This document shows positions 41,562 through 49,722 of a stretch of DNA of 49,722 nucleotides, one piece after another. The notes under the pieces were generated by a model. That model saw nothing but the letters and a program-made list of their open reading frames with translations, made no database searches and was not told the DNA's origin. The translations under genes were made by a program, and so were the position numbers. The DNA is from a bacterium CG2_30_37_16 (GTDB taxonomy: Bacteria; Patescibacteriota; CPR2). Position 1 is the first letter of the stretch, and each line of letters opens with the position of its first letter. The stretch is from the NCBI GenBank assembly GCA_001872945.1, contig MNYC01000030.1, forward strand, positions 1 to 49,722. The letters run 5' to 3'.

Positions 41562-43675
41562 TAACAATTCTGGGAACAATTGCTGTTTTGATTATGGGCT
41601 ATGCAGCAACCATATATCCTAGAATTTTTAAATTAATAAGGAAAAGTACTCAAAAAAACAAATGGTATGTGCTTTTTTATCTAATCTGTTATTTTCTGAT
41701 ATTCTATATTGTCTTTTTTGCCTTTGTCCACTTTGGTGCCAAAGCAGATCTTACACTTATTACCGTTTTGATATTCTTTTTTGGATCCATTTATGTGCTG
41801 GAAACTGTTGATATTATGTATAAGACATTACACGAGCTGTTTCTCTCAAATCAAAAAATTAAAACTTATGCAAACTCCTTAGAGGAAATGATTACTAAAA
41901 GAATGTGGGACTTCGAACATAAGAATAAAGAATTGGAAGTTGCTGTAGGCGAACTTACGGATTTTAAGAAAGCCATGCTTAATATTTTAGAAGATATGAG
42001 CGACTCCGAATATAAATTGACCAATGCGCTTAAAGAGTCGGATTCCCTAACAATGGTTTCACAAACAATTGCATGGGCAGCCGATTGGAATAAACTCGTC
42101 AGCTACATAACAAGAGTAATCGGTCTTAATATGGAGTGCGAAAAAACAGTTCTTTTTCTGTCGGATGCTCAAAGTAAAAATTTAATTGCACAATACGGTA
42201 GCTACGAATTTACTAAAAAGGAAATAGATGATCTGAAAATTGAGATTTCAAATTCGATAAATGGTTTAGCTTTCAAAAACAATGAAACTGTATTCAGTCA
42301 AAACGCCGCTGGTGACGCAAGAGTTTGTGCAAAAAAAAATATAATAAATTGTCAAAACATTATTACCGGCCCGATCAGCGATGGAAAAAACATAATTGGA
42401 ACAATTTGCTGCCTTAATTCCAATAAAAATTTATCAGAAAATTACGTAAAAGATTTTTATGAAAAAATGTTAAAAGTAGCTAGCGTGGTCATAACTAACT
42501 CTCAACTGATAAGTAAAATTAAAATCAAAGAAACAGAAGAAGACGCAATCTTAAAAAGTATCGCCGACGGTCTTTTGGTGGTTGACGGCAATGGTTGCAT
42601 TGTCCTCATAAATGATATTGCGGAAGAAAATTTTCGCTTATCAAGAGAAGGTGTTCTTGGCAGAAATGTGAAAAACCTCTTAGGTTTTGATTTTTTGGAG
42701 AATATTCTTATGGATATTGGTTCGCCAATTGATAAGTCTAAAATCGATCAAAGCGGCAAAACTCTGGAGCTATTAAAAGAAAACGAATTATATTATTTGA
42801 CCGATAGCTCCATAAATGAAGATGTAATTAAAATAAAAATGCAACGCAAATTAAATTTAACGTTCGAATTTACTACCGAGCTCACTTTTTCTTTACTTAT
42901 ATCTCCCATAATTAGCGATAAAGGCACTATTATCGGACAGGTAGTTACAATGCATGATATTACTAAGGAAATTCTCTCAAACCAAGCAAAAGACGAATTT
43001 TTATCGGTAACGTCGCACGAACTGAGAACTCCAATGACTGCTATCATGGGAAATCTTAAAATGGTACTTGACGGCGAAGCGGGTACAGTGGCGGAAGAAA
43101 TGAAAGAGTATCTGGAAGACTCGTACACGGGCAGTCAGAGGCTACTTGCACTTGTTGAGGACATGCTAGATATCTCACGGCTAGAACAAGGACGGATGCA
43201 ATATTCAATGTCAGATTTTGACATAAGAGACGTTGCAAAGTCTGTTATCAAAACATTAAAATCCCTTTCCGATCAAAAAAAGATCTATTTAATTTATAAA
43301 GAACCAACAAAACCACTAATGGTTAGGGGAGATCAAAATAAGATTATTCAAATTCTGACAAATTTAGTCGGTAATGCTATAAAATTTACCGATAAAGGAA
43401 ATGTTACCATAAGCCACGACATTGAGGACGATAAAATAATTACCATCGTTAAAGATAGCGGCATCGGTATTTCCAAAGAAGACCAATTAAAATTATTCAA
43501 GAAATTTTCTCAGGTTAATATTAATCCCCGTAGCCAAAGAGGCGGCACCGGACTTGGCCTTTATATATGCCGTCAATACGTGGAAGCCATGAAAGGTAAA
43601 ATTTGGATCCTTTACTCCCAACCTCAAAATGGCACAGCAATGGCTTTTAGCTTGCCAAAAACTGATGATAAGTAA
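41558..43675 (+). CDS. Multi-TM GAF-PAS sensor histidine kinase
   Basis: TTG start overlapping the PAS-gene stop (TTGA) with AAGGAG 8 nt upstream. N-terminal TM helices, coiled-coil, a GAF-like region, PAS (DGLLVVDGNGCIVLINDIAEENF), H-box SVTSHELRTPMT, N-box LVGNAIKFT, G1 DSGIGIS, G2 GGTGLGLYICRQ. Confidence 0.9.
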   Translation: MITILGTIAVLIMGYAATIYPRIFKLIRKSTQKNKWYVLFYLICYFLIFYIVFFAFVHFGAKADLTLITVLIFFFGSIYVLETVDIMYKTLHELFLSNQKIKTYANSLEEMITKRMWDFEHKNKELEVAVGELTDFKKAMLNILEDMSDSEYKLTNALKESDSLTMVSQTIAWAADWNKLVSYITRVIGLNMECEKTVLFLSDAQSKNLIAQYGSYEFTKKEIDDLKIEISNSINGLAFKNNETVFSQNAAGDARVCAKKNIINCQNIITGPISDGKNIIGTICCLNSNKNLSENYVKDFYEKMLKVASVVITNSQLISKIKIKETEEDAILKSIADGLLVVDGNGCIVLINDIAEENFRLSREGVLGRNVKNLLGFDFLENILMDIGSPIDKSKIDQSGKTLELLKENELYYLTDSSINEDVIKIKMQRKLNLTFEFTTELTFSLLISPIISDKGTIIGQVVTMHDITKEILSNQAKDEFLSVTSHELRTPMTAIMGNLKMVLDGEAGTVAEEMKEYLEDSYTGSQRLLALVEDMLDISRLEQGRMQYSMSDFDIRDVAKSVIKTLKSLSDQKKIYLIYKEPTKPLMVRGDQNKIIQILTNLVGNAIKFTDKGNVTISHDIEDDKIITIVKDSGIGISKEDQLKLFKKFSQVNINPRSQRGGTGLGLYICRQYVEAMKGKIWILYSQPQNGTAMAFSLPKTDDK

Positions 43676-43699
43676 TATAATCAATGTAAGGAGGACAAT

Positions 43700-44071
43700 A
43701 TGCGAATATTACTTATAGACGACGACCAGTTAATGACCAGAATGTACGAACGTAAATTTAAATTTGAAGGCGACGACATCGTAACAATAGATGATGGCAG
43801 TATGGCGCTGGATCTATTGAAAAAAGACGGCAACTTTGATGTAATATTATTAGATATTATGATGCCGGAGATGAACGGATTTGAATTTATGGAAGAGTTA
43901 AATAAGGACGCCGGCCTAAAACATATCCCCATAATTTTACTAACCAACTTAGTTGGCAGTGACGAGGACGAAAGAAGAGGTATGGATTTAGGTGCAAAAG
44001 CATATTTAGTTAAATCCAGAATGCAACCGAACGAAATTGTCGATGCCATTAGAAAATATGCCGCAAAATAA
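43700..44071 (+). CDS. Stand-alone receiver domain response regulator (CheY-like, no output domain)
   Basis: ILLIDDD, phospho-acceptor in VILLDIMMPEMNG, LLTN (Thr), AYLVKS (Lys). It is 123 aa in total. AAGGAGGA SD. Confidence 0.92.
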   Translation: MRILLIDDDQLMTRMYERKFKFEGDDIVTIDDGSMALDLLKKDGNFDVILLDIMMPEMNGFEFMEELNKDAGLKHIPIILLTNLVGSDEDERRGMDLGAKAYLVKSRMQPNEIVDAIRKYAAK

Positions 44072-44076
44072 TGCGG

Positions 44077-44105
44077 TTGACAGACAGTCTACTTTTTGAG
44101 ATATT
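44077..44105 (+). promoter_or_regulatory. Putative promoter of the major pilin gene
   Basis: TTGACA (44077-44082), 17-nt spacer, TGa+GATATT (44098-44105). SD AAGGATGG precedes ATG 44132. Confidence 0.5.
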
Positions 44106-44131
44106 TTATTATAGTATATTAAGGATGGAAA

Positions 44132-44767
44132 ATGAAAAACAGAAAAAATAGAGGATTTACTCTTATCGAACTTTTGATAGTTATCGGTATCCTCGGTATT
44201 TTAGCGTCAGCCTTGATTTTGGCTTTAAATCCGTCTGAAATGCTTAAAAAAAGCCGTGATTCACAAAGAATTTCGGATTTTAGCACTTTGCAAACTGCTA
44301 TGAATTTAGCTTTTGCAGACAGTCTGGCATTTAAAGCAACAGATCCGGATGACGGAACCTTTACTACGGCACTTAAGACCTATAGTACATTGGCAGATGC
44401 TGCCGGAGCTCCAAGTTTATTTAATTATGATTTTGATCATGATAACGATTCGGGCACACTCAATTTAACCGGCATAGCAGCAGAAGCAACTGTCGTCACC
44501 GACAGCGATAGACAAAACAATACCGGCAAGGGTTGGATACCTATGGATTTCACCGTAATACCCTCGGGAGCACCGGTTGCAGTCCTTCCGTTAGATCCAA
44601 CAAACAGCGGCAGTTATTATTATAGGTTTATCCACACCGGTACAGGTCAATATAAAATTGACTGCGCCATGGAAGCCAGTGCTAACCTAGCAAAACACGG
44701 TAGCGATGGCGGAGCAAATGCCAATCGTTATGAAATTGGAAACAGACTCGATTTTACTACAAACTAA
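44132..44767 (+). CDS. pilA: Type IV pilin (probable major pilin)
   Basis: MKNRKNRG-FTLIELLIVIGILGILASALILAL is a canonical class III signal peptide. The gene has its own promoter and a strong terminator. Confidence 0.88.
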   Translation: MKNRKNRGFTLIELLIVIGILGILASALILALNPSEMLKKSRDSQRISDFSTLQTAMNLAFADSLAFKATDPDDGTFTTALKTYSTLADAAGAPSLFNYDFDHDNDSGTLNLTGIAAEATVVTDSDRQNNTGKGWIPMDFTVIPSGAPVAVLPLDPTNSGSYYYRFIHTGTGQYKIDCAMEASANLAKHGSDGGANANRYEIGNRLDFTTN

Positions 44768-44780
44768 CGTTTAATTTTAA

Positions 44781-44810
44781 AAAAGCCGCTAAATCTATGG
44801 CGGCTTTTTT
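44781..44810 (+). terminator. Strong intrinsic terminator after pilA
   Basis: AGCCGC...GCGGCT stem (44784-44805) followed by TTTTTT (44805-44810). Confidence 0.85.
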
Positions 44811-44849
44811 AATTTGCTTATCTCTATTTTTTATAGTAAAATCAGCCAT

Positions 44850-45452
44850 ATGAACACAGAACATATTATTAGATATTTTGGTTATTTCGGTAATTTATTC
44901 AAATTCTGGCTGCCTCTAGCTGCCCTTATTTTGGTTTCAATAGAAGCTTATCTTTTTATAAAAAAGAAACAAGAATTAAAAATCAAATACATTTATATGA
45001 TTCTTGGATTCATAATTGTTTTTAGCCTTATTGATACGCTTTATTGGATGTTTTTTCAGTATTATCTATACAAAATGCCCGGAAATTTTTTCGGCGAAGC
45101 AGCGCTTAAAAATCCTACCTATCTAAAGATCGTAGCTCTGAACATTTTTCAAGCAAGGTTTCTGATGAACTTCGTTTCTTCTGTTTCGCTTACTGTCGCC
45201 TTATATTTTGTTTACAGATTTAGACCCGGAATCATGACAAAGGAAGAATTATTATTATTTTTTGTAATTTCATTTTTAGTGGGTTGGGAATATGCCGGTT
45301 TCTATTTGGGATCAGCCTTCATAATAATGATTGCCAGTCATATTTATATGATGTATAGAAAAATTGCGGTCAATAGAATTTCAATTTATCCATACTTATT
45401 ACTTACTAGTTTTCCGTTCTTAATCTATAATTTCTGTTTGCTTCTAAAATAG
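44850..45452 (+). CDS. Polytopic membrane protein of unknown function between pilA and pilB
   Basis: About 200 aa with 5-6 hydrophobic helices. ATG 44850 is preferred because the track TTG start (44814) lies right at the pilA terminator. I saw no A24 peptidase GxGDxK-type motif. Confidence 0.55.
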   Translation: MNTEHIIRYFGYFGNLFKFWLPLAALILVSIEAYLFIKKKQELKIKYIYMILGFIIVFSLIDTLYWMFFQYYLYKMPGNFFGEAALKNPTYLKIVALNIFQARFLMNFVSSVSLTVALYFVYRFRPGIMTKEELLLFFVISFLVGWEYAGFYLGSAFIIMIASHIYMMYRKIAVNRISIYPYLLLTSFPFLIYNFCLLLK

Positions 45453-45473
45453 ATTTTTCGGGGAGGGTTTTTA

Positions 45474-47180
45474 ATGCTACATGTTTCCGAAGCAGAACTT
45501 AAAAAAGCGCTTACAGCTTCCGGATTTGTTGACGAAAAAGATTTTGAAAAAGCTTATATGGATGCAAAAAGCGCCAACAGGGAGACCGCCGATATACTAA
45601 TAGAGAAAGGAATTCTGTCCGAGGAATATCTGGCAAAAATTATGGCGGATTATTCGGAAATGCCTTATCTAGACCTCAAGTCGGGAAAGATAGACAAGGA
45701 TACTCTTTTTAAAATTTCAGAAAATTATGCAAAATCACATCACGTGGCAGCTGTCGCCGAGGATGATAATAGTATTACTATTGCTATGATAGATCCCATG
45801 GATTTAAAAACTGTACAGTTTCTAGAACATCAACTGAAAAAGTCCATAAAGCCGGCATTTGTTACTCACCAAGGATTAAAACAGGCATTAACATTATACG
45901 AAATCAATGTCGACAAGGAATTCGATAAGATTATAAATGAAAACGTCGGTAAGGCTATCCAATCCGGAACTTCAGATGCCCAGCAGTTGGCTCAGGATCT
46001 TCCGGTTATCAGTATTTTAGAAACCTTAATTGAATACGCATCTTCAGAAGACGCTTCAGATATTCATATCGAATCTTTAGTGGATCAAACATTGATCAGA
46101 TTTAGAGTAGATGGCGTACTTCAAGACATTCTGTGGCTGCCAATAGCGGTTCATACGGCCATTCTTGCCAGAGTCAAGTTAATAGCCGATCTTAAGATTG
46201 ACGAGCATAGACTTCCGCAAGACGGACGATTTAAATATGAAACAGATGAAGCATCGGTCTCAATTAGAGTATCTATTGTGCCAACAATTTACGGCGAAAA
46301 AATTGTTATGCGGCTGCTGTCCGACTCTTCGAGACCTTTAAACTTAGAAGCCCTTGGTTTTGATCAAAAACAGCAAGCTCTCCTAGATGAGCAAATTAAA
46401 AAAACCCATGGAATGATTTTATCTACCGGCCCAACGGGTTGTGGAAAAACCACTAGCCTTTATACTATTATGCATCTCTTAAATAAGCCCGAGGTTAATA
46501 TTTCCACCATTGAAGATCCGGTAGAATACGACATAAAAAGAATTAATCAAATTCAAGTGAATACTAAAACAGGGCTTGGGTTTTCCGACGGGCTACGGAG
46601 CCTGCTTAGGCAAGACCCGGATATTATTATGGTCGGCGAAATCAGAGACGGAGAAACTGCTGAACTTGCTGTTCATGCAGCTCTCACCGGGCACCTCGTT
46701 CTTTCTACTCTTCACACAAATAGTGCGGCTGGCGCCATCCCAAGAATTATCGATATTGGCGTTCAACCATTCCTACTTGCATCAACTGTAAACCTAATAA
46801 TTGCTCAGCGGTTAGTTAGAAGAATCTGCACCAAATGTAATTTTTCAAAGAAGATTAGCGAAAAAGAAGCAATGGATATATTCAAGCATTTAGGGATTGA
46901 GGGCAGCGACATTAAAAAATACAAATCGCCAAATATGGCCTACATGGGCAAGGGGTGTGATGAATGTCATGGATCCGGTTTTAAGGGACAAATTGGAATT
47001 TTTGAAGTACTGGTAGTAAATGACAACATTAGAAACCTCATTATTGATAGCGCGCCGGAAACAAAAATTCATCAATCCGCTGTAAAAAATGGCATGATTA
47101 CTATGCTTCAGGATGGTTTAAACAAGGCCGCCTCGGGCCTTACCACTTATGAAGAAATAATGCGGGTTATTAGGGAGTAA
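45474..47180 (+). CDS. pilB: Type IV pilus assembly ATPase PilB (GspE family)
   Basis: N-terminal T2SSE_N-like domain, Walker A GPTGCGKTT, Asp box, Walker B IIMVGEIRD, His box LTGHLVLSTLHTN, and the tetracysteine CTKC...CDEC. Confidence 0.93.
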   Translation: MLHVSEAELKKALTASGFVDEKDFEKAYMDAKSANRETADILIEKGILSEEYLAKIMADYSEMPYLDLKSGKIDKDTLFKISENYAKSHHVAAVAEDDNSITIAMIDPMDLKTVQFLEHQLKKSIKPAFVTHQGLKQALTLYEINVDKEFDKIINENVGKAIQSGTSDAQQLAQDLPVISILETLIEYASSEDASDIHIESLVDQTLIRFRVDGVLQDILWLPIAVHTAILARVKLIADLKIDEHRLPQDGRFKYETDEASVSIRVSIVPTIYGEKIVMRLLSDSSRPLNLEALGFDQKQQALLDEQIKKTHGMILSTGPTGCGKTTSLYTIMHLLNKPEVNISTIEDPVEYDIKRINQIQVNTKTGLGFSDGLRSLLRQDPDIIMVGEIRDGETAELAVHAALTGHLVLSTLHTNSAAGAIPRIIDIGVQPFLLASTVNLIIAQRLVRRICTKCNFSKKISEKEAMDIFKHLGIEGSDIKKYKSPNMAYMGKGCDECHGSGFKGQIGIFEVLVVNDNIRNLIIDSAPETKIHQSAVKNGMITMLQDGLNKAASGLTTYEEIMRVIRE

Positions 47181-47181
47181 T

Positions 47182-48387
47182 ATGTTTTTTTATTGGAAAG
47201 CTGTGGATAAACAGGGGAATGAAAAGGAAGGCGATATCGATGCCAGAAGCCGCGAGGATGTCGTAACCATCCTAAAAAAGCAGGGCTATTTTGTTATCTC
47301 AATAAAAGAACAAAAAAAGAATATTAAAAAGAGAAAGAAATTAAATTTTTTTGGCAAAGCAAAAAACATGGATAAATTAATTTTTACCGAACACTTGGCA
47401 ACAATGATAAAGGCAGGTATCCCCCTTAACGATGCTTTTAATATTCTGTCCGAAGATACTCTAAATGAAAATATGAAGAAAATTATCTTGGATATGCAAC
47501 AGGGTTTAGAAAATGGACATGCCATTTCTTCAGTTTTATCGAACTATAAAAATGTTTTCTCAAGTTACTATATTAATATTGTGAAAGCCGGCGAGCAAAG
47601 CGGAGACCTCGATAAATGTTTGAGAAGACTGGCAACTCATTTAAAAAAGGATATGGACACCAGAAATAAAATAAAAAGCGCCTTAATTTATCCCGCTACT
47701 TTGATGTTTGCAGTCTTAATATTAGTTTTTATTTTAATGACATTTGTAATTCCCAAAATTGCCAATTTATTTGCTCAGTCGGGTATAAAACTGCCTTTGT
47801 TCACACGAATTCTCCTTAATACGGGCTTCTTTTTAAATAAAAGGTGGCCGATTACTGTAACTGTTTTTATCTTACTTATTGTTGGCGGAATCTTGACCTT
47901 AAGAACAAAATCATCAAAAGATTTAATTTCCAAACTAACCTTGAAACTACCCAAATTTAATATATTAGCTAAGAATGTTCAATTATCACGATTCTCGAGA
48001 ACTTTATCCACCACCATTTCCTCCGGTCTAAACATTACCGATGCCCTAAAACTGACAGCCGAAACGCTAAACGTTGTTTACAAGGAAAAGGTATATGGCT
48101 TTGTAAAGCAAATTGAAAAAGGCAGGGATTTGTCTCAAATCTTAAAATCGGAACCGGCTTTGTTCCCCGGTGTGGTAACGGGCATAGTGAGTGTTGGCGA
48201 AAAAACGGGAACCCTAGATGAATTATTAGAAGGAATGGCCGATTTTTATGAAGAAGAAGTTGACAATTCTATCAAAAATATCACTGCATTAATTGAGCCA
48301 GCATTACTTATTATTATGGGTCTTGGCATTGGTGGTCTAACGGTTTCAATTATTACTCCAATTTATCAATTTATTTCAAACGTCTAA
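47182..48387 (+). CDS. pilC: Type IV pilus platform protein PilC (GspF family)
   Basis: Duplicated GspF domain (FTEHLATMIKAGIPL...; FSRTLSTTISSGLNI...), three TM segments, and its position after pilB. Confidence 0.92.
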   Translation: MFFYWKAVDKQGNEKEGDIDARSREDVVTILKKQGYFVISIKEQKKNIKKRKKLNFFGKAKNMDKLIFTEHLATMIKAGIPLNDAFNILSEDTLNENMKKIILDMQQGLENGHAISSVLSNYKNVFSSYYINIVKAGEQSGDLDKCLRRLATHLKKDMDTRNKIKSALIYPATLMFAVLILVFILMTFVIPKIANLFAQSGIKLPLFTRILLNTGFFLNKRWPITVTVFILLIVGGILTLRTKSSKDLISKLTLKLPKFNILAKNVQLSRFSRTLSTTISSGLNITDALKLTAETLNVVYKEKVYGFVKQIEKGRDLSQILKSEPALFPGVVTGIVSVGEKTGTLDELLEGMADFYEEEVDNSIKNITALIEPALLIIMGLGIGGLTVSIITPIYQFISNV

Positions 48388-48390
48388 CAT

Positions 48391-48861
48391 ATGAACAATT
48401 TTAAAAAAGGTTTCACCTTAATCGAAGTATTATTAGTTCTTTTAGTCATTAGCCTTCTAAGCTTAGGGATCATGAACGGATACTCGAATTATAATAGTCA
48501 GAACAGCTTAAAAGAAAATGGCAAACAAGTAAAGTCCATCATCCTTGAAACCCGGTCAAATTCCATAAGCCAAAAACTAGAACTTGGTTGGCAAATTGAA
48601 TTAAATGCAGATAATATTGTACTTCAAGACCAAAATGCCGAAAACAAACGCACTTTCAGTTTGCCCCAAAAGATTCAAATTACTAACATTTCACTGAATT
48701 CGGGTGGCAACATTATAGCGTTTGATAAAATGACGGGAAATACCACTAACTATGGTACCGGATCAAACGACCTAGCCTTTAAGCTCAAAAATTTAAACAT
48801 AGGAAATGAAATGCTTTTTTCTTTAAGACAAGACGGCAAATTGGAGATCATAAATGAGTAA
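48391..48861 (+). CDS. Prepilin-type minor pilin/pseudopilin (GspH/FimT-like size)
   Basis: MNNFKKG-FTLIEVLLVLLVISLL is a canonical class III signal. Confidence 0.8.
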   Translation: MNNFKKGFTLIEVLLVLLVISLLSLGIMNGYSNYNSQNSLKENGKQVKSIILETRSNSISQKLELGWQIELNADNIVLQDQNAENKRTFSLPQKIQITNISLNSGGNIIAFDKMTGNTTNYGTGSNDLAFKLKNLNIGNEMLFSLRQDGKLEIINE

Positions 48862-49495
48862 CAATAGGGGATCACTTCTTTTAGAAGCCTTAATTTCAAT
48901 TACCTTATTATCCGTTATTTTAATTTCGGTTTCTTCGGCGGTTCTGGCATCTATTAGGTCAACAGCTTTGGCCGGCAACATAACTCAGGCAACCGCTTTG
49001 GCCCAGGAGGGGATAGAAGGTACAAAAGCCATTTTAACAAATAAATGGCAGGATATTTATAAACCGCTCGGCACAGGAAATAAAGGAAACCTTTTTCCGT
49101 ATCATCCTATAATAAGTAGCGGATATTGGAATCTGGCAAGCGGCAGCGAATCTATTACACTAGGCAACTTAAACTACATAAGAGAAATATTTATTTATGA
49201 CGTATTTAGAAACCAAAGGGGCGGAGTTGGCGCTATTGTAGAAAATGCAATTGTTCAGGATCCGAAACAAAATATCTGGGAAGACCCGTCCACTCAAATG
49301 GTTACAGTAAAAATAACTTTTCCACATGGCAGTCCCATCTATTTAAGCCAATATTTTAGTCGTTGGCAAAACGTAATATTTACTCAAAATGACTGGTCCG
49401 GAGGATCAGGGCAAGCTAATTGGGCCGACCAAAGTAAGTTCTACATAGAGAACCAAACTGATACCGCAACAGCCAATGAAATTAAGCTAAAATAA
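48854..49495 (+). CDS. Prepilin-type minor pilin/pseudopilin
   Basis: MSNNRG-SLLLEALISITLLSVIL (G at -1, E at +5). It overlaps the previous gene. Confidence 0.7.
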   Translation: MSNNRGSLLLEALISITLLSVILISVSSAVLASIRSTALAGNITQATALAQEGIEGTKAILTNKWQDIYKPLGTGNKGNLFPYHPIISSGYWNLASGSESITLGNLNYIREIFIYDVFRNQRGGVGAIVENAIVQDPKQNIWEDPSTQMVTVKITFPHGSPIYLSQYFSRWQNVIFTQNDWSGGSGQANWADQSKFYIENQTDTATANEIKLK

Positions 49496-49511
49496 TTTTT
49501 TGACAAACTTA

Positions 49512-49539
49512 TTGTCATTATTGGATGTTGTGATAAAAT
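49512..49539 (+). promoter_or_regulatory. Putative promoter firing toward the right edge of the window
   Basis: TTGTCA (49512-49517), 16-nt spacer, TGa+TAAAAT (49531-49539). A second TTGACA lies at 49500-49505. Confidence 0.45.
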
Positions 49540-49569
49540 TCCGTCTTTTTAAATTTTAGAGCCTGTTCA

Positions 49570-49693
49570 AAATCTCATGTCGAGCTGAAATTTTCATAAT
49601 TTCGAGCGAAAATTTTTGAAATTGAGGAAGAATATCAAGATACTTTGACGAGATTTCTACAATTTGCAGCCGAAATTATGAGATTTCAGCCGA
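49570..49693. repeat. Three copies of an AAATYTCAT...TCGRGC-type motif: two direct plus one inverted, forming an imperfect ~28-nt inverted repeat
   Basis: Segment 49580-49608 (TCGAGCTGAAATTTTCATAATTTCGAGCG) compared with the reverse complement of 49666-49693 (TCGGCTGAAATCTCATAATTTCGGCTGC). An extra half-copy AAATCTCATGTCGAGC lies at 49570-49585. Confidence 0.6.
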
Positions 49694-49722
49694 TAAGCCC
49701 GTTATTTCTTATACTGGCGGTG

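Noticed and set aside
44814-44849. Track start (TTG 44814) for the membrane protein after pilA.
   Set aside because: It begins just 4 nt downstream of the pilA terminator T-run and has no SD. The in-frame ATG at 44850 is preferred.
49570-49693. Repeated motif at the right edge considered as a CRISPR array fragment.
   Set aside because: There are only three imperfect copies, one of them inverted. Spacing is irregular and very short, and no cas genes are present. This does not fit CRISPR architecture.

Overview
This is an AT-rich, very gene-dense 49.7-kb window with almost every gene on the + strand and many overlapping or 1-4 nt gene junctions. By inference it comes from a small-genome Patescibacteria/CPR-like bacterium. 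The supporting signs are a class-I LysRS, a bacterial Elp3, a ProRS without the INS editing domain, no pyrH or cdsA in their usual conserved slots, and a pilus locus without a secretin. Roughly 0.3-26.8 kb is housekeeping: rplU, a secreted SNase-type nuclease, parAB, lepB, an LCP protein, HtrA, prfA, rpmE, rpsB-tsf-frr-uppS-polyprenyl synthase-rseP-proS, mreBCD-PBP2, greA, lysK, serS, hpf and secA. Roughly 26.9-35.5 kb is accessory: two membrane-anchored surface proteins with Ig-like domains, an orphan sensor kinase, YjbQ, a jelly-roll/FN3-like surface protein, a histidine phosphatase and Elp3. From 35.7 to 49.5 kb lies one long type IV pilus (T4P)-like locus: two paralogous secreted proteins, five pilin-like proteins, a PilM-PilN fusion, a PilO-like protein, PilB, PilC, an unknown polytopic membrane protein, and an embedded PAS protein / GAF-PAS histidine kinase / stand-alone CheY-like receiver module just upstream of the major pilin. 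I found no rRNA, tRNA or CRISPR array. The observations most worth follow-up are an unclassified G+C-rich structured-RNA candidate (1272-1501), the signalling module and paralogous secreted proteins inside the pilus locus, and a promoter plus repeat element at the right edge. All functional calls come from motif recognition by eye. No database search was run.
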